From NCBI GenBank assembly GCA_964035545.1, contig OZ037768.1:21857319-21921318 (forward strand): a DNA stretch of 64,000 bases, written 5' to 3'. A model generated the notes under the pieces. It worked only from the letters and a program-made list of their open reading frames with translations, made no database searches and was not told the origin of the DNA. Below are positions 12,161-32,987 of the stretch, piece by piece; the first letter of the stretch is position 1; each line of letters begins with the position of its first letter. The DNA comes from Bugula neritina (lineage: Eukaryota; Animalia; Bryozoa). The position numbers were made by a program, and so were the translations under genes.

Positions 12161-14828
12161 AATGATTCATTTATAATAAATATAATAATTAAATTTAATC
12201 ATTAATGATTAAAATTAAATTTAATGATCAAGACTTGACAATAATATTAATTTAGAAAGTCAAAATGTAAATGGTGAATATCGAGATTTTTAGTGTTTGT
12301 ATGATTTCTAAACCAAATATTATATAACTAAAATTAAATAATAATAATAATCATATCCATCAATAAATCGTCGGACCAGTACCACCAAAAACAAATGTGA
12401 AATGAAAGTAAACTGACAGCAAATTGCGTGCTTACAATTGTGTAACCCGGCAATGTTAACTCTGATAATATTATAAGCTGAACTCTGGGAATGAGATTGA
12501 CAGAATGTGCACTTCCTGTTCCTGAATGCAAACTTGAATTGAAACGTTGTTTCAAACAAGTTATCTAATTTCTATTTTGATGGTCGCATAGTTATATTTC
12601 GTTATTGTTGGCTAGACTCGAGGCAAATAGGTAGGAATGTTTTGATTTATAGTTCCCACTAGCTAAGCTCATTTTATTCAAACCCGTAGGCATCTGAGAA
12701 GTGTAGTTTAAGTTTTGGATTGAAATTTTTTATATTTATAATATTAATTCAATAAAATTTTAATTTGAATATAACTTTATTGTAAAAAAGTCAAAGTAAA
12801 GTTCTGAACTTTAGCCACGAGTTATAATTTTTTATTTAATTTGATAGTAAAATTGAATTTAGAATAATAATACATTTAGTTATAGAATTTTATTAACTAT
12901 GATACCTTTAAATGTAAAATCAACCAATTTGAATTTAAATTTTACTTCAAGAAGTTACGGTTCGTGTTAGTTTTAGTTTAACTTTATAGTAATATGAATT
13001 ATAATTATAAATTACTAATAATACTTATAATTATATTATTGAGTTTAATATATATGATTTATTATTTTTATAATGTTATTTATTATATTTATAATTATTA
13101 ATAGCATAAGCAAATCTAATAGTAATACTAATACTAATAGTATTACTATTAGTATTACTAAATTAGTAATGACTAATGTATTAAGTCTAATGATGTTACC
13201 TTCACTATTGCCCTTATGCTATTAGTATTACTATTACTATTAGATTTAGTATCAATATCAAATATTAATAATTATAATATTATAATTATAGTTGATATTG
13301 TGATATATTAATAATAATATCTAGATATATTCAAGATAATATTCAAGATCCAGCAATAATTTGAATTAACTTGTAATTGTTTAATTAAGCCAATACTGAT
13401 ATGATAGTGTGTTTAAGCTATAATAATGGTAATTTAATCAGTTACATTGAAACGGGTGGATATTTAGTATTTATATATACTCGGTTAAGATTTTGGGTAG
13501 TAAAAATATAATTGGTGAATTTTATTGAAACTATTTTAAGGTAGATAATTTCATGCTGTTTATGAATAAAAATTAAGTTAACAATTATTGCACAAGAAAG
13601 TTTAACTACCATCTAATTACAATTACCATTGCATCGATCTCTTAATCCAAAATCATAGTTTATAGCACGACTAGTTTTAAGTAGTTGGAACTGAAGCACT
13701 AATAGATCATTATGATTTAGTTTGAAGATTTTTTGTAAATGCTGAAAACTAAATGAAGCAGTTTGGGCTTTGGCTTAAGACTTGCACCAAATCCATCAAA
13801 ATATCTGGTAAATCAAGTCAGGGAATATTTTAAGTTTTGTAGTCGCCAAACATTGTAATCCATTCAACTTGGACTCAAATTCACTACCGTAGTACATATA
13901 TCTACCATACTATTATTAGCACACCATTGAAACAGATTATAACTTTTGTTTAAGTAATGGGTAAAATATACATCTTAACACAATGTAATACTAGTTATAC
14001 TTATGTATAATATGTGTCACTATACTTAATTTGATAGTAGTGAGTTTAAGTTTAACTTAATTATGGTTTGGTATTTGTAATAATCGTATTTTTGCAATAT
14101 ATTCATGTTTATGTGTTTATAATTATTTAAGATAGCGATATTGTATCAATAGTACTTTTATTATAACAGGTATTGAGCATATATTTTTGGGGCATAATAT
14201 ATACTGAATTTATGCCTCTTTTAAAATTAATTTAATTTTGAAATATATGTTTTGCCAAATTACCAAAATTGGAAACTAAATCTCCAGGTTTCTAATTTTA
14301 TTGACAGTCTGACTGTATTTGTATGATTAGTTTGTAAATTTTAAATATAGTTCAACGAAATCTACTCTGTTTGCAAACATTACAAAACTTTGCCAAGCCA
14401 TGGTTTCTGCATTTGTATAATTAGCAGATAACTAACATAGTTATTTTCTTTTGTCAATCATTAAAATAAATTTGTCATTATTGGAGATTAATATTAGCAT
14501 AATTTTTTAATAAGGAAGACATAGTATATTTTTCGAGTATAATGCATTGTAGTGATGCTAAAATGACTTTAAAAAATGAATTTTAAAATTATAACAGTCC
14601 ATGTATTGTTTGCCATTCACTTGATTCATAATCAGTTTTGTTAGTGAATTGCTTAACAAATAAACTGTATATTTGTATACCCTCATATCATTTGATATTT
14701 CTATTTATAGGTCCTCAGGAGGTACCACTACGTAATTTAAATGTAATTATCAAAATTCCCCCCACTTGGAAGAAGCTCAATATTTAGCAGTACAACTAGC
14801 ATCTCAGCAGTGCTGAATTATTGGTAAA

Positions 14829-21369
<6,541 letters not shown>

Positions 21370-23065
21370 TAACCGATAGGAAACAGCAGTTTATGAGATA
21401 TTATGTAACATGATTAACACACTAACGTTAAAAGAAACTCTCCACGATTTTTAACTAGAAGTCTGTTAATAGAACTTTTATGATTAACATGGTATACTAC
21501 TGTATGTATGTGTATTGTAACCTGCTATCCATGGTCTCTCAGCTACAAATAACCTCTCTTGCTACAAACTATTCTACTCCTTGTATGAGGACTTGTATTA
21601 GAATTATTGTCATCACGTTTGGTTATGATCTACTAGCATTACGTTTGGACACTCTGCGTATGTATAATTTAATTTTATTGCCATTCAATAATTATAGAGT
21701 CTCCGTTCACTAAAACAATTTTTAACTTTTGCATTTAGCAGTTGTTCAAAAATATAGAACTGCTAAATGTGTAATAACAAAATGATTGTAGCTTTGTAAC
21801 TATGAGTAAACTTTCAGTTGCAATTGCAAACAGTTTAATTTACAGGGCTAAAAATTCATGTGTATTAAGAGTTGATAGATTATGAAAGCTATTTTTGGCT
21901 GAATTTACAATTGCTTGTAGTGGGAGTTGACCTTCCACAGGTTCATACATAAAATATTATGAAAACATTCTTAGTTGATATGATCGTTCTCTAATACATT
22001 CATAGTTGACAAACTTAGTTGCAACATAAAAAGAGAAAAGTTTCTTTTTAAAAAGTTTGAAATCGCCACTTATTTTCATAAATTTGCGGTTGTTGTATGT
22101 TTCAAATTTGTTATATCCTCAACTCACCAGCAAAGAAGAAAAAAAGAAATTCTTATATTAATTTACAACATCCGTTTATTAATATGTTTTATAAAATAGC
22201 AATACAAGAAGAAATAACATAAAATAATACCTGCATTGCCAAATACCACCTCTACAAAATTGATCATCAATATTTTATAACAACATCCCTTTAAAATACA
22301 AAACAGAGTTTTCCCAGGGAAAGGACTTGAATAATAATATTAATAATAGACTATGTTATGCAATAAAAGTATTATCAATAGGTTAATAGCCTTGTCTACC
22401 AAAGTGATGAAGATAAAAAAGTGAAAACAAATGTGAGAAATGAATAATAAATGTAATTACTACAAAACCTTATATATAGTGCATTAAGAGGGCATGACCC
22501 AGCCCAGCTAAACCCTCGACAAAAGCACATCTAAAAGTATGTAAATCACGGAATTTTTGTCATAATTAGGAGCTCTTTAAAGTGCGAAATAAAGCATAGC
22601 ATGTAAATATATATAGAAATTGTGCCATACTAGAAGACTGCATAGCACCTGGGTGTGTATGGAGTGTGTCAGACAGCTATATGTACAGGTCAAGGACGAG
22701 CTGCTGCAGCCAATACAATTGCTAGATAACCAAAGGGCAGTGTCGGAGTAGTTAACGGCAAGATTAAAGAAGTATAAATGCACTTATCTTTTGATCAATC
22801 TACAACAGAAAGACCAGACTGATACACTTTCAAAAAGCTTGCAATACATTCATATGCTTTGCCAGTCTTTACAATTCCTTGGAAAATATGCAGCTAATAA
22901 TTTTTTCAAAGAGAAAGCTGCTTCTATGGCATCACTTTGTAGCGAGTAATATAAATATATAAATTTGCATAAAAAGAATTAAGGAGTTGTCTTCCTAGTT
23001 CAATTCTGCCTGTTACTTTACCATTTATAAGCTATAATAACATACACAAAGTACATACCACACAG

Positions 23066-26000
23066 CTACACAGCCTGAGCACCATTAGCTCCCTGCTGGG
23101 CCTGCATCTGGGCCTGCATTTGAGCCACCATTGCCTGCATCTTCCTCAACTGTAAACATTATTACTTCAAATTATCAGGTATTCCTGTGGCTTCACTGCC
23201 ATATCCAGGAAATTCAACAGCTGCAAATTCTCAACCAAAGTTTCAAAACAATTTCGAAACCTTTTTAACAACCAAAAAGCTTTTGCACCACAGTTGACAT
23301 TTACTAATTCCACTCAGTGGGATGATACAAATAAATATAGATGTTACAATCAAATATCAATGTGAGTGAAAGTGTATGGAAAGAAGAGGCTCAGAACTTT
23401 ATGACAATAGCCTCGAGACTATGAGCAGGGCTCCTATGACAAGAACCTCAACTAAACCTCTAGCCCTCAAGTTGCAAACTCTGTTCGAATTAAATTTGGT
23501 TGAACGATAAGTCTTACCTCAGCCTCTTTCTCGGCCAGAGCCTTCTCCTTGTCACTGTCTCCGTTCATATGAGGTGGTGGAGCGGACGACTGCGTCTTTC
23601 TACAGTCAAAGAAACAACCAATGACACAACTTGACACAATAATGTGAAGTACAGAGAATAAGTGTCAGTTGCACAGGTTAGTTGAAATCAAGAATCAAAT
23701 AATTAAAGAGGCCACTTCGGCGAGTTTACTCTAAAAGGCATAAAAATTTTTTTCCAACTTTTAGTATAAGCTCAAGCCAAGTTGTTTGCTTGGTTTTATC
23801 ATTATTTGACCCGATTTTGCTACTTAAGATCTACTAGTATACATACAAATCAAGCAATGGAAGCAGAATGAAAGCCATAAGCAAAATAGAGCTACTAAAC
23901 AAATGGTGTATAAGCGCATTGGTGAGCAGTTTGACTATGTTAGTTAATGAAGTGAAGCCACGGTTAGGGTTAAAGCTAGTCAACATGGAGGGTTAATACT
24001 AGTTCTAAATCTACCTTCATTGCATACACAAAACCATAAGAAAGCTTAGAAAAATTCAACACATATTCCGTGTTCATATGAGTGACAAGGTCGTAGCTGA
24101 CATAATGTTTAGCCTCTATAACTGATAAACCCTTCAGAAATTATAGTGAAAACAAATCTCAGAAGATATAAATCGAGACGACATTGATTGACGCAAACAT
24201 AGGAAGGATTTAGTGACTACATGTAACAACTAGGTTAGGATTTGGTGCTAAAGCGTGTGGGAACTAGGGCTATGAAAGTATGGCTGCTGCGAGTTAGATT
24301 AAAGCGAATGAACAACCTTTGCTTCCTTCCGGAGTCCCGTTCATCTACTTCTCTATAAAATGCACAACATTTCCGTTACAAGTGCTCTCGGCTCACAAAT
24401 GTAATACAAGTGCAGTATACTGTTGCATTGTGGTATACAGAGGCACTGTGGGAAGCTATTGAATTGTGGGATACAATTATATTGTACAATGTTGCACCGG
24501 AAGAACTGTGAGAAACTTAAATGTTAAAAACTGCATTGTGGGTAAGTGTAATGGGAACATATACGTCAGTGTAATGTGTGTATATATCAACCATGTGTAT
24601 TGAATAAGATCATTAGAGGATGGGTACATTGTGTAGGGGATAGTACAGTAGGATAGTAGTACAGTAGTACAGTAGGGTAGTAGTACAGTAGGATAGTAGT
24701 ACAGTAGGATAGTAGTACAGTAGGGTAGTAGTACAGTAGGATAGTAGTACAGTAGGATAGTAGGATAGTAGTACAGTAGGGTAGTAGTACAGTAGGGTAG
24801 TAGTATAGTAGGGTAGTAGTATAGTAGTACAGTAGGGTAGTAGTACAGTAGGGTAGTAGTACAGTAGGGTAGTAGTACAGTAGGGTAGTAGTACAGTAGG
24901 GTAGTAGCACAGTAGGGTAGTAGTACAGTAGTACAGTAGGGTAGTAGTACAGTAGGGTAGTAGTATAGTAGTACAGTAGGGTAGTAGTACAGTAGGGTAG
25001 TAGTACAGTAGGGTAGTAGTACAGTAGGGTAGTAGTACAGTAGGGTAGTAGTACAGTAGGGTAGTAGTACAGTAGGATAGTAAGACAGTAGGATAGTAGT
25101 ACAGTAGGATAGTAGTACAGTAGGATAGTAGTACAGTAGGGTAGTAGTACAGTAGGATAGTAGTACAGTAGTACAGTAGGGTAGTAGTACAGTAGGGTAG
25201 TAGTACAGTAGGGTAGTAGTACAGTAGGGTAGTAGTATAGTAGTACAGTAGGGTAGTAGTACAGTAGGGTAGTAGTACAGTAGGGTAGTAGTACAGTAGG
25301 GTAGTAGCACAGTAGGGTAGTAGTACAGTAGGGTAGTAGTACAGTAGGATAGTAAGACAGTAGGACAGTAGTACAGTAGGATAGTAGTACAGTAGGATAG
25401 TAGGATAGTAGTACAGTAGGGTAGTAGGGCACGTACCCTGGTCCACTCAGTCTGTCAGATCTGAAGTTCTCATAATGCACCTCATGAGTCACCTCCTGCA
25501 AGTCTTGCATGTGAGTTCTACAATTATACAGACTAGAGTTACGACCTCTTGTAACTGTACTCTACATATACTCAAGTTATACTCTGCATATACCCAAGTT
25601 GTACTCTGCATATACTCAAGTTTTACTATACATATACTCAAGTTGTACTCTGCATATACTCAAATTGTACTATACAAATACTCAAGTTGTACTCCACATA
25701 TGCTCAAGTTGTATTCTACATATACTTAGGTTGTACTCTTCAACCAACATTGTTAACTCGTTGCTAGCTTGTAACCAACAATGAATGTATTGACATCAAT
25801 ACTATGTACTTCAATCACATTGTCTTCTAAAATAAAATTTACCCTACAACTTCTTTTATAAAATGCCAAAAAAAAACTACTTCATGCATAAAATCGAAAT
25901 CAGAAATTAAATTTACTTCTAAATCAATCAAACTAAACCCATTCAAATAACCTACATGTTACGTTACATAAAATTTAATCTTGAGAAGGCAAGACTTACA

Positions 26001-29000
26001 TTAACATAGTTCTCAGTTTGATGAAATCACAGTGTTCAGGATTCTCCACCTCTACTACCCCCCAGGGGTACATGCGACCCCTCACCTTGCGACCTTTCAC
26101 CTCTATGATCTGATTGGATCCCACCACAGCGAATGGCATCGCAGTCTACAAAAGAACGCTCAGAATCAGACGCTGAGCATGTGACCACAGAATAAGATTT
26201 GGTATGCCAACACTAAAGTAAATTAGCCAACTGACCTTGAGTTGGTCACACTGTAGCTTAAATTCCTCGTCTTCGTCATCATCGCAATCAGGGAGGGTGT
26301 AAATATTGATTCCGTTAGCCCTGATTTCTTCCAGTATCTAAAACAGTACCAGAGGCTATAACTATAGTGTAGTCAGAGCAGGACTGCCTATATGTAGAAA
26401 TATTTGGCTACGACTGGAATACAACTGTAGAGTTGAATGCTTAACCAAGTTGGTTTTATAACACAATTTGTGCGCATGTCTAGAAATAGTTGAGTTTGGG
26501 CCACCTGATTTCAAAGCTGGGGCCTAGCTGATTTTTCCAATGTTGTATATTGTACTATATGCAGTAACTCTGACTATTGTATATAACCTTATACAGTTTC
26601 CTACTTGGCAGTATGCATAGCCTGCTTTTCAGACTTTTAAATCACCCTTAGTGAATAATCTGTGTGTTGCAGCAGCTAAGGATAGCATGTCATACAAGTA
26701 ATCAGTATCATTTCCCCAGTGCTATGTATAATCACTGAGCCGATGCAACTTATCAGCAGGTGGCCTAATAGAAAACACGTGTTGCATAAAACTTAGTATA
26801 CTCAATTTGCCCGAGCACACAACTCTAAAATTTCGTTCATTCCATAGCTAAGAAATTCCTGCAGCCTTGATAGAGTAACTATAAAGTAGGAAATCTTGTC
26901 AACACACAAAAGGAAAGAATCAAAGACGTCAAAGGAAATATTCACAGTGCAGTGAAATGTAACACACTTGAGCTTTCTGGCATACAACATATATACATCA
27001 TGTGATAAATTCTAAGACAGGAAACAAATGTCATTAGTATTTTAATCTCATTAAACTAGAATTTAGTTGCAATTTACTTTGGTGAAAATTATCTGCCTCT
27101 GGAAAATAGTTTTAGAAAAAAGCATTCACCAAACTACCAAAATTCTTGGACACAATTATGTTTCACCAACACTGTTGCCAATGTATTTTAAAAATATAAC
27201 CGAGTAACACGTTTGTCTAACCTTCTTTTTGAGTTTATGAACTTCCTGTTTAGTGAGAGTATCGGCTTTAGCAATGACGGGAACAATGTTGACTTTGTAG
27301 TGCACCGCCTTCATGAATGCTATGTCCAAGGGCTTTAGTCTGTGGAGATGGACAGCATATGTTAGTATTACAGAGTATATACACTAGTATACACAAGTTA
27401 TGACATCTTGTTCATCATAACATGCTTACACATGGTAGAACAACTCCTATGGAATCACAGAAAACTTTGAACTTCAATTATGATATTAAACATATGTTGG
27501 GGGGGGGGGGGGGGGAGATGCTCGCATGTTCCACAGAATATTAGTTTAGCTAGTTGAAGTGCATGGGACAGATAGAACACACAACCAGTTACACTTTCAT
27601 ATTTACACATTAAAGAGTTCCAGCCATAAAAAAAAGTTATTTTAGTCTTTTAAAAAGAAAATCAAATTATGAGTAGCAAAAAACCACCAGAGATGTCGAG
27701 AAAACTGGGTACAGGAATATTGGCTTGATTTGCCATCATTCAGTATAGGAGGAGGCATTTTAATGTTTATGAACTCATCAAAAACCGAATTCTAATTGTA
27801 ATAAATAAATTTGCCGCCCATAATTCCACATATGCATGTATATGACATATCAGATGCACACAGCTGTCACCAGCATATGATTTATAGTTAACAAACTATT
27901 TTCATATAATTAGCAGGAATTGGAACTAGCTTTCCATTCACACCTTTCATATTTGCAATTCCAGAGATGTTTAGGTAAGTTGCTACCTGTCCAGCACTGA
28001 CATTGTGTGTCACGTTACCATGTGATGGAAGACCAGCATGTCCTTAGCATATGATATGCAGAAATGACATATGAGGACACACCAAAGACCTTACTGGGAC
28101 ATCAAAGATGTATCAAAGAATAGCAGAGATTATATTGAGTGCAGAGTAATTCAACGCTAAGTAGCAAGTACTTAGTACTAGTACTAAACACTCAGAACGC
28201 AGTATTAAATACTCAGTACTAAGTACCCAGTATAAAGTATTAGTACTAAGCACTAAACACTCACTACTCAGTACTAGTATTCGGTACTAAGTATTAGTAC
28301 TCAGTACTAAACACTGGGTACTCAGTATCAAGCACTAGTCGAAGCTCACCCATGGCCAGCCGGGCTGATGAAGTAAAAGCAGGCGTGCACTCGGTTGTCT
28401 GTGATATTCCGTCTGTTCAGTCCACTTTCGTCGTTGAGATATCGTTCAAATTGCTCGTCAATGTACTGCAGTATGGAGGCGTAGCTACAAGTAGTATATT
28501 ATACACTGTAAACTATGGTGTAGTATAGAGTATATTATATACTGTACACTAGTAGATGGTGTAGTATAGAGTATATTATACACTGTACACTAGTAGATGG
28601 TGTAGTATAGAGTATATTATACACTGTAAACTAGTAGATGATGTAGTATAGAATATATTATATACTGTACACTAGTAGATGGTGTAGTATAGAGTATATT
28701 ATACACTGTAAACTAGTAGATGGTGTAGTATGACTTGGTTAACTTATTTTTTAAATAAACTGTTTCCAAGAAAAGAAGACACAATGTGTTTGATGACTAA
28801 ACAAATCTGAAGGTAGGAAACCATAAATGTCAAGAAATATGGTATAATTTGTATCAAGATCTCTTTAAACAAAGATTTTTTATTTTGGGCGAAGTATAAC
28901 GACTCCTACCATTCACCGGTGTTGATGGAATCCCCAAAGCCCGGCGTGTCTACCACAGTTAGTCTCAGCTTCACTCCTCTCTCTTCTATTTCAACAGACG

Positions 29001-32000
29001 ATGCATCTATCTTCACCGTCTGCTTAATTTTATCTACAAAACATCAAATATTATGATATTACTATGCCATTATATTACTATATTATTATATTCCTAGATT
29101 ATTATATTACTATACCTTTATACTACATTATTACTATAGCCTTATATTATATGACTATATATTACTATGCTATTATACCATCAAGTTATATTACTATATC
29201 ATAATAACATCATGCAAGTAAGATCATGGAGATTAGAACACAAGACAGGCAGGTTATATAAAGCAAGTATCAATTCTTAGAAGGGAAAAGTCTGTAATAC
29301 ACAGTATATACACACATAATATTCAGGTAGAGGTACACAATGTTGATATTACCATAAAACAATACCTTCTTTTTTATTCTAACACATAACAAGTCATAAC
29401 AATTTCAATATTGACTAAACTGAATTCAATAGTCTTGGAAATTACTAGATTCGTATATAGTATATATAAAGGGCACATACTGTAACTTACATTAGTGTAC
29501 TCATACTAAAAGTAATTTACATTACTGTACTTACACCAAGCATAACTTACATTAGTGTACTTACACCAAGCATCACTTACATTAATGTACTTACACCAAG
29601 CATAACTTACATTACTGTACTTACACCAATCATAACCTACATCACTGTACACACATACTTACCAATGGCATTAGGAATATGTCTTTCTGGGTAGAGATCT
29701 GTTAGGAATAGATTATTTACAAGAGTTGATTTTCCAAGTCCAGATTCACCTGAAAACAAAAGATTTGGACATATGTTGGTTAGCACTCACTATACATGAG
29801 TCTATACACTGTGAGTTAATAGACACAGCATGTTCACAGAACAGCTCTGAGAGGCTTGTTAATGATTCTTCAACTACTTGATGGGATAGGCTATCAAAAT
29901 GATAATTCTAAACGCAGCATGTGTGAATACAATAGGTATATTATTCTACAGTGATATGTCAAACAATAATAAATATTTAGATTTACAGCAACTAGATTAG
30001 CAGTGCTAGTGAGCACAGCTGGGCCTACTATATTATTTTATACTATGTGTAAGTAGATTATACTCTTGTATTGTGATCCTTACAGATAATGAGAGTGACA
30101 TGAAAGTTGGTTTGTATGATTGATGCTCCAGCTGTATAGTAATACTGTGTACAAGTGATAAAATATTACTTCTCTGGTGAATCAATATAGTGAACAGTGA
30201 CTATTTGTATAAAGCTACCAGCGGAAATGGACATTCTATAAATAGCACCCTGTGGCGTGTACGATCTACTAGCTGATCATCACCTTACTAGGAATGCTCT
30301 AACTTGTTATGAACCTTCACTGAGGAATTTCCCAGCTGATGATTTATGGGGAACAAATTCACCAACATTACAGTTTCAACGAATTAGTTGAAAAAGCTGC
30401 AAGAGCCAAAGGCGCATAAATCTTTAAAAAATGAGGTTTTTGACACAACTTTTGAAAAGTTCCTCTATAGAAAACAGCTCAGCCAAATGCAAAATAAGTT
30501 GGATATAAACACAAAACATGACATAATCTAACGATTTTTTTATACAGTGACAGTAATCTATTATAAAAATACAAAGACTGAAATACCGATACGGAATAGT
30601 AGTTACAAAAAAGTCGACACAATAGTAATATTTCCAGGTGACTGATCGGTCTTATCTGTTCACATTCCAGCATCAATATAATTGGGCAAAACAGCAGCAG
30701 TGTCATATAGCTAAGGTTTTTGTGAATAGCCCATTTATAAGTATGTAATTGTAAAATCTACATATAGGGTGCATAGCAAAAACTTTCAACAATGCACAAG
30801 GCAAAAGACTCCAGTCACAGGTTAGTTATACCTGCCACTGTCATAAGACTTGGCTTGGAGGTAAACGCCAAATACCAGCCAGGTGAATTTTATCAGAACT
30901 TAAATTTCTGAAGATAGTTATTTCGTCCACATTCAATTACTAACAAATACAGATTAATCCCTATGGTTTCATTGAATGCATATTGAACAAGACGATCATG
31001 ATTGGGTGAAATCATAAACACCTTATTGGACCTTATCTGCACTATTCAATAACTAACAGTTTCCCTATTTTTTAATGGTAACAAAATGTCATTTTTTTAT
31101 TTCTTTTATTCCCTTTTAGTTACTAAGTTAATTAAATACAATACTGAATAGAATATAAAAAGAAACTACAAGTCTTAAAAGCTGACAAAAGCTAATGATC
31201 AATTCTCAGTCATTCTCTAGAACTAACTCTGTAAACTACCTACCGACTACCATCAACGTAAACTCAAAACCTTTCTTCACTGATTTCCTATGAACTTGAT
31301 TCGGGAGGTTAGCAAAGCCAACATATCCAGGTGTTTCAGGATTTGAGAACTGGAATGAATAGTTAGAGTGACTGAAATGCTGCAGGTACTGCACATAAGA
31401 AGTCATTTAGCAAATTGGGAGAACTTAGGTATACCAGCAAATTTAGTTTTTATGGAAAATAATTACCTGCATGCTACCAGAGATGGGATATTTTGCTGCA
31501 ATGACTAGGTATTATTAATGCTGCTAGCTTATATTATAACGCACTAAAATCAAATAGCACAATACAAATTTACTAGCGGATAGGTAATTGCCATTAAACT
31601 TCTCAACAAATGAAACTTTAAAACATATTTGTCAAAAATAGCACTCATGTGAAAAAATTACATCCACCGATTGTCTTATCAAGTATTAATATAAGTTTAA
31701 CTTACTGATCTTCCTTCTTTAAGGTTCCAATCAACATACAAAGAAAGTAATAACTCATGATTTAACTAACAATTTAATATCAAATCAGAAGAATAATTTT
31801 CTCAATAAAAAGTAATTATAGCTACCATAGACTAAGTCATTGTGAGATTATCATAATGATAGCACAGTTTTTGTTATCAGCAGATTATGGCCAGTTCATC
31901 CACTCGATCAAAAATGATTTTGGAGGCCAACCTTAAACTCTAAACCCTAAAACTTAGGCTCTTCACCAAATGACAAAATCCTGCAGGCCAAAAGAACAGT

Positions 32001-32987
32001 TACAGTAATTTAACTTTTAGGCCCAAGTCACCAGTTGACAGTTACTATTAACATTATCCTTATAAAACTGAATTATTTACCAATAGGATTAGGCAGATAA
32101 CATAATAATTTAGAATTCTGTCTATAATCATTACTTGTCATTCATTACTTATATACTCAACAATTGTTATAAATATAAATCATAATCATAGCCAAGCATA
32201 AATTAATAAAGTACATCCATAATCATTCACTTTACATGCTTATAATTATCCTGGTACTGGACATATAGTTACACTACAATAAAATTAAAATAGTTGCAGG
32301 CCTAATTGATAATTATAATTATTTACTGGGTAATTAATTATAATACTGTCATTATTAATGTGGTATTATGTTATTAGTGTGCATACTAATATTTATACAA
32401 TCATTATTATTATGATAGTCATACTCATAATGATAATAATACTATCAATCACAGTGTCAGCACTAATACTGTAATAGTAATACTAATACCAATATTAATA
32501 CTGTAATAGTAATAGTAATGAAATTAAAAAAATGATATTAATAATATTAATATTATTATCAATATTTCATAGTTATAGTAATACTAATAGTAATACCACA
32601 GTATTAATAAATAAATATTTTAATTTTATGCTGTTGAACTGACTGATGACTGACAGTAATACTAATACTTATACTTATAGTAATGCTAATACTAATAGTA
32701 ATAGTATCACTAATAGTAATACTGATACTCTAATACTAATAGTCATACTAATAGTAATAGTTATAGTAATAGACTAAGTATAATGTTTAATAGTATAACT
32801 ATAAGTATAAGTAATACACTAAAAGTAAATCTAATAGTAATACTAATACTAGTACTGTAATAGTAATACTAATACTATTACTATTAGTATTAGTATTATA
32901 TTTAGTAATACTAATAGTAATAGTAATTGTAACAAATAAAAGTATATATTGTATCATAGTATAATTTATAAGCTTACCGGTTGCCAT
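23066..32987 (-). CDS. SEPT2: Septin of the SEPT2 group (SEPT1/2/4/5; Drosophila Sep1-like), 361 or 373 aa
   Basis: Exons 32987-32978, 31716-31706 (11-nt microexon, inferred), 31349-31244, 29749-29663, 29033-28910, 28484-28350, 27339-27222, 26337-26236, 26145-26000, 25517-25437, [24352-24317 optional], 23599-23518, 23149-23066. Peptides [83 protein letters not shown] and a C-terminal coiled coil [19 protein letters not shown]. Confidence 0.93.
24640..25428. repeat. 16-bp minisatellite (GTAGTAGTACAGTAGG)n, about 49 units, in a septin intron
   Basis: Direct reading; begins within about 10 nt of the donor at 25436. Produces the spurious YYYPTVLL ORFs. Confidence 0.95.
25550..25740. repeat. 22-bp minisatellite (CATATACTCAAGTTGTACTCTG), about 8 copies
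   Basis: Direct reading; about 30 nt from the septin acceptor at 25518. Confidence 0.85.
28170..28338. repeat. Degenerate CTCAGTACTAAGTA-type tandem repeat
   Basis: Direct reading; next to the septin donor at 28349. Confidence 0.7.
28490..28731. repeat. 41-bp minisatellite (GTAGTATAGAGTATATTATACACTGTACACTAGTAGATGGT), about 6 copies
   Basis: Period 41 (28561 to 28602); abuts the septin acceptor at 28485. Confidence 0.9.
29480..29662. repeat. 30-bp minisatellite (ATTAGTGTACTTACACCAAGCATAACTTAC), about 6 copies
   Basis: Period 30; abuts the septin donor at 29662; most units read GTAAGT twice on the sense (-) strand. Confidence 0.85.

Noticed and set aside
24477-25446. Three 277-307 aa ORFs of [16 protein letters not shown] repeats
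   Set aside because: Translation of a stop-free 16-bp intronic minisatellite; only 25517-25437 is a real septin exon.
27497-27515. Poly-G run (and poly-C at 15198-15212)
   Set aside because: Isolated intronic homopolymers with no further structure.
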